Assembly: GCA_964439025.1 (NCBI GenBank)
Contig: CAYTMW010000005.1
Coordinates: 90,671-154,670 of the forward strand
Source: an uncultured Gemmatimonas sp.
GTDB lineage: Bacteria > Gemmatimonadota > Gemmatimonadetes > Gemmatimonadales > GWC2-71-9
Reading direction: 5' to 3'
DNA length: 64,000 bases
Shown: positions 37,373 to 46,805 of the stretch, in pieces
Layout of the letters: each line of letters starts with the position of its first letter
Numbering within the stretch: position 1 is the stretch's first letter
The notes under the pieces: generated by a model
Told to the model about the DNA's origin: nothing
Database searches by the model: none
What the model saw: the letters and a program-made list of their open reading frames with translations, nothing else
Made by a program: the position numbers and the translations under genes

Positions 37373-37957
37373 GTGTCCGCACTTGCCGCTGTCGCCGCCC
37401 GCCCGCATCAGTATGCCTGGGCAGCGGACCGTCCGGCGGCAATGACCGAGCTGGTCCGGCGCGCTCAGGCGGGAGATTCCGACGCGTTTGCGGCGCTCTA
37501 CCGCACCCACGTGGGCAACGTCCACGCGCTGTGCCTCCGGCTCGCCGGCGACGCACTCGACGCCGCCGATCTGACCCAGGACGTATTCATCCGCGCCTGG
37601 GAATCGCTGGGATCGTTTCGGGGTGAGAGCGCGCTCGGCAGCTGGCTCTTCCGGCTTGCCGTCAACGCATTCCTGGGCAACCGGCGCGCCTCGGGACGTC
37701 GCGAGCTCCGGGTGTTCTCGGTCGCCGAGCCCGGGATGCTGGAACGGGGAGGGGAAGGGGCGTCGCCGGGGACGAAGCTGGATCTCGAACAGGCAATCGC
37801 GCGCCTTCCCAAAGGGGCCAGGATGGTTTTCGTGCTCCATGACATTGAGGGGTATCAGCATGGGGAAATCGCGGAGATGACCGGGATTGCAGCGGGGACG
37901 TCAAAGGCCCAGCTCTTCCGGGCGCGCCGCCTGCTGCGGGAGGCCTTGGAGCGATGA
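37373..37957 (+). CDS. ECF RNA polymerase sigma factor
   Basis: DLTQDVF..AW, FRGESALGSWLFR and region 4 HGEIAEMTG...GTSKAQLFRAR. Start uncertain. Confidence 0.92.
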   Translation: MSALAAVAARPHQYAWAADRPAAMTELVRRAQAGDSDAFAALYRTHVGNVHALCLRLAGDALDAADLTQDVFIRAWESLGSFRGESALGSWLFRLAVNAFLGNRRASGRRELRVFSVAEPGMLERGGEGASPGTKLDLEQAIARLPKGARMVFVLHDIEGYQHGEIAEMTGIAAGTSKAQLFRARRLLREALER

Positions 37958-38571
37958 CCTGCCAGGAGCTTCGCGCCCGGGCCGACGCATACGCACACGG
38001 CGAGCTCGATGCCCGTGACGCCGCGGCGTTCGAAGCGCATCTCGCGACCTGCTCCGCCTGTGAATCGGCGCTCCTCGCCCTGGCCGCCGCCCCCCCGGGA
38101 ATCGCCGGGCTGTCGCGGTCGATCGAGCCCCCGGCCGATCTCTGGCCGGCGATTCGCGTGCGCATGGCCTCGCCGCGCGGGATACGCTCGCGGATCGTGG
38201 TGCCTCGCTGGGCCCTGGCCGCGGCCGCGGCGCTCCTCGTTGCGCTGTCGTCCGGTGTGACCGCGGCGCTCCTCACCTCCGGCGCGCCACCCGCCGTCGC
38301 CTCCCGCGACATCAGCGCGCTCGAGGCGCAGTACTCCGCGGTGAGTGAGGACCTGACCGGCGCGCTGGAGCAGGCGCGGTCCCGGCTCTCACCCGAGACG
38401 ATGGCGACCATCGAGCGGAATCTCCGGATCGTCGATGCCGCCCTCGATGAGACGCGGCAGGCGCTCGCCAGGGATCCGGGCAACGCCGCCCTCGGCCAGA
38501 TGGTCGTGACCGCCTGGCGGCAGAAGGTGGATCTGCTCCGGCGCGCCACCGCGCTCGGGACCGAGAGCTGA
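37954..38571 (+). CDS. zf-HC2 anti-sigma factor
   Basis: MTC...HLATCSAC zinc motif, one TM helix, coupled to the sigma gene. Confidence 0.87.
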   Translation: MTCQELRARADAYAHGELDARDAAAFEAHLATCSACESALLALAAAPPGIAGLSRSIEPPADLWPAIRVRMASPRGIRSRIVVPRWALAAAAALLVALSSGVTAALLTSGAPPAVASRDISALEAQYSAVSEDLTGALEQARSRLSPETMATIERNLRIVDAALDETRQALARDPGNAALGQMVVTAWRQKVDLLRRATALGTES

Positions 38572-39455
38572 TGCGATTTCTTCGCTTGTTGCCCGCGCTG
38601 CTGCTCGTGGCGCCACTCGCGGCGCAGCAGAAGATCGAACGCCGCATCGCTATCGCGTCCGATGCCTCGATCCGGATCCACAACCTGGTGGGCAGCATCC
38701 GGATCATCGGATGGGATCGCGACTCGATTGCGGTGACCGGCTCGGTTCCCCCGGGAGCGGGGTCCTTCTACATGGGGGGATCGGGACGCGGCGCCAAGCT
38801 GGGCATCGAGCGGCAGGATGAGCTCAAGGAGGGGCAGCCCGCCACACTCGAGATCCGGGTTCCGCGCAACGCGCGCCTCTGGGTGAAATCGGCGAGCGCC
38901 TCGGTGGAAGCCTCCGGTCTCACCGGCGAGCTGGAGTGCTCGTCGGTCGACGGATCCATCCGGATCGAAGGCTCGCTCCGGCTGGTGGTTGCCGAATCGA
39001 TGGAAGGGAATCTCAACGTCGCCGGCGCCATGGGCGTCGTCCGCCTCAAGGGCGGCGGGGGGACGATCACGCTGCGCGGCGCGCGGGGCGACGTGCTCGC
39101 CACCACGATCGGCGGCGCCATCGTGGCCACCGATGGCGCGATCACGCGGGCGCATCTCGAGACGGTATCGGGCACCATCGCCTATGACGGGACCGTGAGT
39201 CCCCGGGGCACCCTCGACGTGGCGACCCACAGCGGCGACGTGACGCTCCGGCTCCCCGCCGATATCTCCGCGGAGTTCGATCTCGGCTCCTTCGACGGCG
39301 CGATTCTATACGGGCTGAGCGGCAAGGGCGAGGGCAAGGGCGAGGGGCCTCCGAAGCCGTTCAAAGGGAAGCCGATTTCCTTCACGACCGGCGGCGGTGA
39401 GGCCCGAGTAATCGTCCGATCTTTCAAGGGAGAGATCCGCATCCTCAAGCCGTAG
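38571..39455 (+). CDS. DUF4097 family beta-strand repeat protein
   Basis: Signal peptide, GWDR, repeated xxSG/xxDGxI units; usual third gene of this type of ECF cassette. Confidence 0.85.
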   Translation: MRFLRLLPALLLVAPLAAQQKIERRIAIASDASIRIHNLVGSIRIIGWDRDSIAVTGSVPPGAGSFYMGGSGRGAKLGIERQDELKEGQPATLEIRVPRNARLWVKSASASVEASGLTGELECSSVDGSIRIEGSLRLVVAESMEGNLNVAGAMGVVRLKGGGGTITLRGARGDVLATTIGGAIVATDGAITRAHLETVSGTIAYDGTVSPRGTLDVATHSGDVTLRLPADISAEFDLGSFDGAILYGLSGKGEGKGEGPPKPFKGKPISFTTGGGEARVIVRSFKGEIRILKP

Positions 39456-39500
39456 TTCCCGCCATCTGCTTCGGGTATGTTTCACCCCATTCAGAACTGC

Positions 39501-39599
39501 ATCCACAGATTACCCAGATTGCACCGATTAATTGCGCCGAACATCACATCGAGGTCGGGAACGGGCTGATCTGTGAAATCTGTGAAATCTGTGGATCCC
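39501..39599. repeat. Gene-less inverted repeat of 9-bp units matching the ends of the GxxExxY cassette
   Basis: atc-cacagatta-cccagattg-caccgatta ... gatctgtg-aaatctgtg-aaatctgtg-gatccc. 39579-39599 is the exact reverse complement of 19309-19329. Confidence 0.88.
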
Positions 39600-39652
39600 T
39601 CTGATCGCTCCGAGAAACCGGTGGTCGAGAGTCCCGTGAACGAAGCCAGATC

Positions 39653-40687
39653 GTGAGTCGAACTACTCGCCTCGTCCTGCTCCTCGTGGGCGCCTCGCTC
39701 GTGGCGCTGATGATCTGGAAGACCGGCCTGGGAGTGCTCCTGGCCGGTCTCCGTTCATCGGCCTGGGTCGTCGCCGCGTTGATTCCTCTGTGGATCGTCG
39801 TCTACATGCTGAATGCGATTGCCTGGCGAATGCTCACCTCCGACGGGGGCAAGTCGCTGCCGCTCCTGGAGGCGTTCCGGATCACGCTGATCGCCTTCTC
39901 GGTCAACTACGCGACCCCGCTCATGAGCTTCGGCGGCGAGCCGCTCAAGGTCGTGGCGGCGACCCCCTGGCTCGGCCATCGTCGCGCAGTTGGCTCGGTC
40001 GTGGCCTTCCGGCTGCTTCACGCGCTCGCGCATGTCATCGGGTTTCTGGTCGCGCTGGTCCCCGCCTGGATTCTGCTGCCGCACACCCCGCTCGTCATCG
40101 GCCTCATCGCCGCCGTCGGCCTGCTGCAGGTGTTCTTCGCCGTGTTCCTGCTCTCCCGGCACCGGGAGGGAATGGCGATCCAGCTGCTGCATCTCATTCG
40201 CCGCATTCCCTTTTTGCGCCGTCTCGCGCGGGTGCTGGAGGCGCGCACCCCGGCGCTGCACGAGATCGACGAACATCTAACGGCGGTCTACACTCGCGCT
40301 CCCCGCCGCTTCTACGCCGCGTTATCGGTGGAGACCTTCGCGCGCTTTCTCACGCTGTCGGAGCACTGGGTCATCCTGTACGGCCTGGGCTTGGGGAGTG
40401 ATCCGGCGCGGGCGCTGGTCATCGGGAGCTTCTCGTCGCTGGTGATCAACGCGCTCTCCTTCCTGCCGCTCGAGCTCGGCTCGAAGGAGGGAGGACTTTA
40501 CCTGATCTTCAAGTGGATGGGGTTTGCGCCGGGGCTCGGACTGCAGGCGTCACTGCTGGGCCGGATTCGTGAGCTGATCACCATCGGAGTCGGGATGGGT
40601 CTGATCTGGACCGTGCGGGATGTTACCACCCCCGCTTCGCCCGCTCCTTCTTCGCCTCCGCATGACCATGATTGGCCGCCCGCCTGA
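39653..40687 (+). CDS. Lysylphosphatidylglycerol synthase TM-domain (UPF0104 flippase-like) protein
   Basis: NYATP..FGGEPLK and P.ELGSKEG motifs; multiple TM helices. The 3' end overlaps the convergent kinase gene by 65 bp. Confidence 0.82.
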   Translation: MSRTTRLVLLLVGASLVALMIWKTGLGVLLAGLRSSAWVVAALIPLWIVVYMLNAIAWRMLTSDGGKSLPLLEAFRITLIAFSVNYATPLMSFGGEPLKVVAATPWLGHRRAVGSVVAFRLLHALAHVIGFLVALVPAWILLPHTPLVIGLIAAVGLLQVFFAVFLLSRHREGMAIQLLHLIRRIPFLRRLARVLEARTPALHEIDEHLTAVYTRAPRRFYAALSVETFARFLTLSEHWVILYGLGLGSDPARALVIGSFSSLVINALSFLPLELGSKEGGLYLIFKWMGFAPGLGLQASLLGRIRELITIGVGMGLIWTVRDVTTPASPAPSSPPHDHDWPPA

Positions 40688-42578
40688 GCCAATCCCTCCC
40701 GGCGAGGGGGTCCTCCCGCATGACTTTCCCCTTGAGCAGCATCATCGCGATCTGGTATTCCGCCTCAGGGTCTTCCTTTGAGGCAGCCAGATTGAACCAC
40801 TTGACCGCGGCGCCTTCGTCCTTCTTGATGCCGCGGCCGGTGAGGTAGGCCACCCCCAGCTTGGACATCGAGGGCGCGTCGCCCAGCTCTTCCGCGGCCT
40901 TCGCGTACCACCGCACGGCGTCCGTGGCATTCCTCTCGAACCCTTTCCCGTCCTCGTAGCGCCGCGCCACGATGACGTAGGCCTCCTTCACGCCGAGATA
41001 GGCGGCGGTGAGGTACTTCCGCGCCGCCTTCTCTTCGCTCGCCGCTACGCCGCGCCCGCTCTCGTACCGTCGCGCCATCTCCAGCACCGCAATGACGTCG
41101 GTGCTGTCCGCCGCGAAAGTGAGATGCAGCGCCGCAGCCCGGTCATTCCGCTCGACTCCGTGTCCTTCGGAATACAGGAGACCGAGATTCCGGTGGGCGA
41201 CGGCGCTGGTGTCGGCTTCGGCGGTGCAGCGCGCAAAGGCTCTCGGCCAATCGCCCGCCTGAAACGCGCTTTGACAGGTGGCGACGGCGGCAAGCGGGGG
41301 CGGGGCGACGGGTGTGCTGTCCACGGTGGCCACCGGCGCCGCCGACGGTCGCGGGCGCGGCGGCGCAGGCCGGACTGGTGCCGGCGTGCGTGTCTTGACG
41401 CCGATGTCAACCGGGGCCGTAAGGGGAGCCACCGGCACCGCCGGGGAAAGCCCGGCCCGATACGCCGCGAAGGCGCCGCCGCCGAGAATCACCAGCCATC
41501 CCGCCGCGGCGAGCCAGGGGCGCCTTCGTGTCGGGATGTTGAAAGTGGATTCCCGGCGCACGCCGCCGCCTTCCGCCGCCGTCACCATCTCCCCGCGAAG
41601 AGAGCGGGCAAAGGCGTTCATCGAGGAGAAGCGGAGCTTCGATTCCTTCCGGAGCGCCTGGTGGATCGTGGCCGACATTGCACTCGGGATGTCGGCGACC
41701 AGCCGGGAGAGTGGCGTGGGCTCCTCGAGGAGCTGCTTGACCATGACCTCGCGGACATTCTCTCCCTCGAACGGAACCCGTCCGGTGAGCATCTGGTAGC
41801 CCACCACCGCGAGCGAGTACTGGTCGCTGCGCGGATCGGGTGCGTGCTTTCCCATCGCCTGCTCGGGGCTCATGTACTGCGGCGTTCCGATCACGACGCC
41901 GGTGCCGGTGAGGGAATTCTCGAGCGACGAATCCATCGCCTTGGCGATTCCGAAATCCATCAGCAGGATGTGCTGCGTCTTGCCGTCGATCATCAGGTTT
42001 TCGGGCTTGATGTCGCGATGCACCACGCCGGCCTCGTGGGCCGTCTGCAAGGCTTCGGAGGCTTCGAGCAGAATCCGCCGCACTTCGGCCACAGGCAGGC
42101 GGCGCTCCCGGGCAAGCAGACTCTTGACCGTTTCGCCGTGGACGAGCGGCATCAGCAACCAGAGGATGCCATCCGCCTCACCGACGTCGTACACCGGGAC
42201 GATGTTGGGATGATGGAGCACTGCCACCGCTTCGGCTTCGCGCCTGAAGCGCGCCACGAGCGTCTCGGTGAGGATGAGGTCGGGGCGGAGCACCTTGAGC
42301 GCGAGCTCGCGCTTGAGCCGGAGATCACGCACGGCAAAGACTTCGGCATAACCTCCGCGACCGATCAGGCGGCCCAGCTCGTAATTGGAGCCAAGCGCGG
42401 CGCGAAGTCGCTCGGGAGCGAGCTCGTAACTGATGGCGGTGATGGAAGAGGCCCGGCTGACGCCGATCAACGTATCGCTGAGGACTGGAGAGGCGGAGGG
42501 GACCCCGCAGGCGGGGCAAAATGCCGCGTCAGCCGGGATCGGATGATCGCAACTGGAGCAGGGACGGGTGGGGCTCAA
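40623..42578 (-). CDS. Ser/Thr kinase with N-terminal zinc ribbon, TM helix and C-terminal Sel1 repeats
   Basis: CSSC...FCPACG; GRGGYAEV, HRDIKPEN, DFGIA; repeats of the type A..WY.KAA..G. Confidence 0.92.
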   Translation of the reverse strand: MSPTRPCSSCDHPIPADAAFCPACGVPSASPVLSDTLIGVSRASSITAISYELAPERLRAALGSNYELGRLIGRGGYAEVFAVRDLRLKRELALKVLRPDLILTETLVARFRREAEAVAVLHHPNIVPVYDVGEADGILWLLMPLVHGETVKSLLARERRLPVAEVRRILLEASEALQTAHEAGVVHRDIKPENLMIDGKTQHILLMDFGIAKAMDSSLENSLTGTGVVIGTPQYMSPEQAMGKHAPDPRSDQYSLAVVGYQMLTGRVPFEGENVREVMVKQLLEEPTPLSRLVADIPSAMSATIHQALRKESKLRFSSMNAFARSLRGEMVTAAEGGGVRRESTFNIPTRRRPWLAAAGWLVILGGGAFAAYRAGLSPAVPVAPLTAPVDIGVKTRTPAPVRPAPPRPRPSAAPVATVDSTPVAPPPLAAVATCQSAFQAGDWPRAFARCTAEADTSAVAHRNLGLLYSEGHGVERNDRAAALHLTFAADSTDVIAVLEMARRYESGRGVAASEEKAARKYLTAAYLGVKEAYVIVARRYEDGKGFERNATDAVRWYAKAAEELGDAPSMSKLGVAYLTGRGIKKDEGAAVKWFNLAASKEDPEAEYQIAMMLLKGKVMREDPLAGRDWLRRAANHGHAEAKKERAKRGW

Positions 42579-44665
42579 GACTTACGCTTCGCCACCTCCT
42601 TTTGCGCCTCCGCATGGCCCTGCTCGGCGGCCTTCTTCACCCAGGTGAAGCCCAGGGAGTCGGATTTCGGAGTGCCTCGTCCGCGGATCATGGCCAGGCC
42701 GAGGCCGTACTGCGCGTCACGATTGCCGCGATCGGCAGCGCGCTGCAGCCAGGTGATCCCGGCCGCTTCGTCCTTGTCGATGCCTTTGCCGCGGGTGAGC
42801 CAGTCGCCGACTTTCGCCTGCGCCGCGACGGCGCCCTTTTCGGCGGCCTTGAGATACCAGATGTAGGCGTTGTTGTCGCTGCGACGCGCGACGCCCAGCC
42901 CCTGCTCGTAGCGCTCACCGAGCGCCATGAACGCCGGCTGATAGTCGGCTTCGGCCGCGGCCTTGATCTTGGCGGTGGCGTCGAGGGCGTTCTGCGGAAG
43001 GCCCTTTCCGAGGTGCAGCAGCTGGCCGAGCCGGAAGAGCGAAGGGAGATCGCCGGCGTCGGCCGCCTTGCGATACCACGTCACCGCTTCCGCGTCGTAT
43101 CCGGGGATCTGGCTCCTGTCGAACAGCCCCGCGAGCAGACGCTGTGAGACGACGTTCCCCTTTTGCGCCTCATCGGAGCAGACCCTGAAGGCGGTGTCGC
43201 GGTCGTCTCCGCTGGCGGTGGCCTGACAGCTGGCGGTAGCTCTGGTTGCAGGAGCGGGCGCCGGGGGCGTTGCGGCCGTGCGCCCGCCGGGCGTGTTGGT
43301 TCCCGTCGTCTGGGTCAGGTTCCGCCGCCGGTCGGCCGCGGTCGCCGCGGCAGGGGACGGCGTCGCGGGGGCGGGTGCCGGCGCGGGCGGAGGCGTGACC
43401 GCGGTGGAGTCCGCGGTGCCGGTGGTGCCGGTGGTGCCGACGAGGGGGACCGCGGGATTGGCTGATGCGGTCGCAACGCTCGACACGGCGGTCGTGTCCG
43501 CGCCGGTCTTCGGGGTTTCCGCCGCGGGCCCATTCCGGAGGAGCGCCACCGCAATCGCTACCGCGGCAAGCCCGCCGGCGCCGGCCAGCATCAGCGGCAG
43601 GGTGCGCTGCTTCCTGGGAGGCGCGGGGGCCGTAACGGCCGCAGCGGGGGGATTCACCACGATCTCCGCCGCGGCATCGAGCGCCGCGGAAAACGCTTCG
43701 ATGTCGGGGTAGCGGTCGGCGGGCTCCTTCGCCATGCCTTTCGAGACCGCCGCCATCAGCCCTTCCGGCACCTCGGGCACCAGCTCGCGCATCGAGCGCG
43801 GGGACTCCATCATCTGCTTGAAGAGGATCGCGCGGGTGTTTTCTCCCTCGAACGGCACCGACCCGGTGAGCATGTGATAGCCCACCACCGCGAGCGAATA
43901 CATGTCGGTACGGTGATCGAGATGCGGATCGCCGCTGGCCTGCTCGGGGCTCATGTAGTGGGGCGTGCCGACGATCGTGCCGGTCGATGTCAGGGTGCTG
44001 TCCCCGGCGGTGTCCATCACCTTCGCGATGCCGAAGTCCATGACCAGCACCCGGCGCGACTTGCCCTCGAGCATGATGTTTTCGGGCTTGATGTCGCGAT
44101 GTACGATACCGGCCTCATGCGCCGAGGCGAGCGCCCCCGCGGCCTCGAGGAGTATCCGCCGCGCTTCCTGAATCGGCCGCCGGCCGTCCCGTACCAGGAG
44201 CGCCTTGAGACTTTCTCCCTTGATGAGCGGCATCAGGATGTACATGATGCCGTCGGCTTCCCCGATGTCGTAGATGGGGACGATGTGCGGATGCCGGAGA
44301 TTGGCGACGGCTTCCGCCTCGCGGCGGAACCGGGCCATCAGTGTGTCGGAGACAACGAGATCGGGACGGATGGCTTTGAGCGCGAGATCGCGCTTGAGCC
44401 ACTGGTCGCGCACCTTGAAGACCTCGGCGAACCCGCCGCGCCCGACCAGCTCCTGCAGCTCGTAGTGTTTGCCCAGCGCCTCCTTGAGCTTCTTGAGCAT
44501 GTCCGCCGAGGCGGTCGCCGTGGGGGCGATGCCATCGGGGATCGAGATTTCACCGGTGAGCCGGTCCATGGCCGGAGGCGTGGCCGACCCGCAGACGTAG
44601 CAAAACGCCGCGAGCTCTGGGAGCTTGGTGTTACACGACGGACACGTTCGAGTGGCGGACGACAG
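42575..44665 (-). CDS. Ser/Thr kinase with N-terminal zinc ribbon, TM helix and C-terminal Sel1 repeats (probable CTG start)
   Basis: Kinase motifs and Sel1 repeats. The frame is open upstream of the ATG at 44569 and encodes CPSC...FCYVCG; a CTG at 44665 has GGAG 7 nt upstream. Confidence 0.88.
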   Translation of the reverse strand: MSSATRTCPSCNTKLPELAAFCYVCGSATPPAMDRLTGEISIPDGIAPTATASADMLKKLKEALGKHYELQELVGRGGFAEVFKVRDQWLKRDLALKAIRPDLVVSDTLMARFRREAEAVANLRHPHIVPIYDIGEADGIMYILMPLIKGESLKALLVRDGRRPIQEARRILLEAAGALASAHEAGIVHRDIKPENIMLEGKSRRVLVMDFGIAKVMDTAGDSTLTSTGTIVGTPHYMSPEQASGDPHLDHRTDMYSLAVVGYHMLTGSVPFEGENTRAILFKQMMESPRSMRELVPEVPEGLMAAVSKGMAKEPADRYPDIEAFSAALDAAAEIVVNPPAAAVTAPAPPRKQRTLPLMLAGAGGLAAVAIAVALLRNGPAAETPKTGADTTAVSSVATASANPAVPLVGTTGTTGTADSTAVTPPPAPAPAPATPSPAAATAADRRRNLTQTTGTNTPGGRTAATPPAPAPATRATASCQATASGDDRDTAFRVCSDEAQKGNVVSQRLLAGLFDRSQIPGYDAEAVTWYRKAADAGDLPSLFRLGQLLHLGKGLPQNALDATAKIKAAAEADYQPAFMALGERYEQGLGVARRSDNNAYIWYLKAAEKGAVAAQAKVGDWLTRGKGIDKDEAAGITWLQRAADRGNRDAQYGLGLAMIRGRGTPKSDSLGFTWVKKAAEQGHAEAQKEVAKRKS

Positions 44666-44798
44666 GGGAAAGCTCCGGGACCGGATTGTTTGAAGTTTAA
44701 CAGATACCGGGTTTTGCGGTGAGGGTCAATGGCGCTTGTCCCGCCTTGGTGTCAGTGACGTAGATTGATACACCACAACAAGTTGGGTGGTTGTGACA

Positions 44799-46745
44799 AT
44801 GATCCCAAGACGACTCTTTTGCTTCCTGCCCCTCCTCTGCTACCCACCGTTCGGGCTCGCGGCCCAGTCCCCCGATTGGCCGGCCTATGGGCGCGATCGT
44901 GGCGGGGAGCGATTCTCCCCACTCAAGGTCATCGACCGGGGCAATGTGGTCCGCCTTGCCGTGGCCTGGGAGTACACTACGGGGGAGGCAAGAATTCCGA
45001 TGGAGCAGTCGGTTTCGCTCGAGACAACCCCGCTCGTCCTCGGTGGCGTGATGTATCTCAGTACACCGCTGGGACGCGTGGTGGCGCTCGATCCCGAAAC
45101 GGGGAAGGAGCGCTGGGTGACCGACCTCGAGGTGAAGCCGGTCGACTTCGGCGATTTCACTACCCGCGGCGTCAGCCTTTGGACCGATTCCCGGGTGCGC
45201 CGGGGAACGCGTTGCGCGACTCGCGTGATCGTCGCCACGGTCGATGCGCGCCTGCACGCGCTGGATGCCGCGGACGGCCGCCGCTGTCCCGACTTTGCGA
45301 AGGGCGGTAGCGTCGACCTCCGTCAGGGGCTGCGCAACGCGCCCTTCGAAACCGAGGAATACGAGGTCACCTCGCCACCCGCCATCGTGAACGGGTTGAT
45401 CGTCGTGGGGTCCGGTGTCGCCGACAACAACCGGACCGACGCGGCGAGCGGCGAAGTGCGCGCCTTTGACGCCCGCACCGGTCAGCTGCGCTGGAGTTGG
45501 GACCCGGTACCGCAGGATACGACCGAGCTGGCGTGGCGCACCTGGACCGGTCCCGCCGCGCACCGCACCGGCGCCGGCAACGCCTGGTCCATCATCGGCG
45601 TCGACTCGGCGCGGAACCTCGTGTTCGTGCCGACCAGCAGTCCGAGTCCCGACTACTTCGGCGGGGAGCGCCTGGGCGAGAATCGCTATGCGAACTCGAT
45701 CGTGGCGCTCAACGCACGGACCGGCAAGGTCGTGTGGCACTTCCAAACAGTGCACCACGATCTCTGGGACTACGACAACGCCTCGCCGCCGGCGCTCACC
45801 ACGCTGGTTCGGAGGGGGAGCCGGGTCCCGGTGATTCTCCAGGCAACCAAAACGGGCCAGCTCTTCGTGCTCGACCGGAGAAGCGGCGCGCCGGTTTTTC
45901 CGGTCGAGGAACGGGCGGTTCCCGCGAGTACGATTCCCGGCGAGCAGGCGTCGCCCACCCAGCCCTTCACGACGGTCATCGCTCCGCTCAGTCCCCACCG
46001 GTTCTCCGCCGCGGACGCGTGGGGACCCACGCCAGCCGACCAGGCGGCCTGCCGCGCCAAAATGGAAACGCTGCGCAACGAGGGGATCTTCACCCCGCCG
46101 AGTCTCGAGGGGACGCTGGTGATGCCGTCCAACATCGGTGGCGCCCACTGGGGTGGCGTCGCGGTGGATCCGGTGCGGCAGATCGCCGTCGTGCCGGTGA
46201 ACAGAATTGCGGCGGCGGTGCAGCTCATTCCCCGCGAGGAATACCGCCGTCGCCGGAACGAGCCGGGGTACCGGCGCTCGGGGTCGCAGTACACCGACAT
46301 GCGCGGCACGCCGTACGTCATGCGCCGGGAGCTGCTTCTCGGACCGGCGGGAGCGCCGTGCACTCCGCCCCCGTTCGGCGCGCTGGTGGCGATCGATCTC
46401 TCGACCGGAGTCCGGAAGTGGGAGGTCCCCCTCGGCACGTTCGCGCCCGACGCTCCGGCCGCTGCGCGGAGCTGGGGAAGCCCCAACCTCGGCGGCCCGA
46501 TCGTCACCGCCGGCGGGCTGGTGTTCATCGCGGCCACACTCGACCAGCGCCTGCGCGCGTATGACATCGAAACGGGCGAAGAGCTCTGGAGTGCCACGCT
46601 CCCGGCCGGCGGGAAGGCGACGCCGATGACCTATCGGGGGAGAAGCGGAAAGCAGTATGTGGTGATTGCGGCGGGTGGGGACGGGGGACGGTTTGGGAAG
46701 AGCGACCGGGTGGTGGCGTTTGCGCTGGAGGCAAAGCGGCAATGA
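44799..46745 (+). CDS. PQQ-dependent dehydrogenase (glucose/quinate/shikimate family, soluble form)
   Basis: DWPAYGRD, RFSPL, TSPP, HHDLWDYD, GPIVTAGGLVF, ATPMTY, GKQYVVIAAGG. Confidence 0.92.
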   Translation: MIPRRLFCFLPLLCYPPFGLAAQSPDWPAYGRDRGGERFSPLKVIDRGNVVRLAVAWEYTTGEARIPMEQSVSLETTPLVLGGVMYLSTPLGRVVALDPETGKERWVTDLEVKPVDFGDFTTRGVSLWTDSRVRRGTRCATRVIVATVDARLHALDAADGRRCPDFAKGGSVDLRQGLRNAPFETEEYEVTSPPAIVNGLIVVGSGVADNNRTDAASGEVRAFDARTGQLRWSWDPVPQDTTELAWRTWTGPAAHRTGAGNAWSIIGVDSARNLVFVPTSSPSPDYFGGERLGENRYANSIVALNARTGKVVWHFQTVHHDLWDYDNASPPALTTLVRRGSRVPVILQATKTGQLFVLDRRSGAPVFPVEERAVPASTIPGEQASPTQPFTTVIAPLSPHRFSAADAWGPTPADQAACRAKMETLRNEGIFTPPSLEGTLVMPSNIGGAHWGGVAVDPVRQIAVVPVNRIAAAVQLIPREEYRRRRNEPGYRRSGSQYTDMRGTPYVMRRELLLGPAGAPCTPPPFGALVAIDLSTGVRKWEVPLGTFAPDAPAAARSWGSPNLGGPIVTAGGLVFIAATLDQRLRAYDIETGEELWSATLPAGGKATPMTYRGRSGKQYVVIAAGGDGGRFGKSDRVVAFALEAKRQ

Positions 46746-46800
46746 GGCAAAGAGGCAAAGAGGCAAGGTTCTTTCCTTTGCCTCCTTGCCACGTTGCCTC
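46728..46800. repeat. Inverted repeat built from 8-bp units (GAGGCAAA x5 / TTTGCCTC x3)
   Basis: gaggcaaa-gcggcaat-gaggcaaa-gaggcaaa-gaggcaag ... tttgcctc-cttgccac-gttgcctc, between convergent genes. Confidence 0.88.
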
Positions 46801-46805
46801 CGACC

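Noticed and set aside
39321-39346. 12-bp duplication encoding GKGEGKGEG in DUF4097
   Set aside because: An in-frame low-complexity loop duplication of an ordinary kind.
40623-40687. 65-bp tail-to-tail overlap of the flippase-like and kinase genes
   Set aside because: Most simply explained by loss of a stop codon giving a low-complexity tail; common in high-GC genomes.
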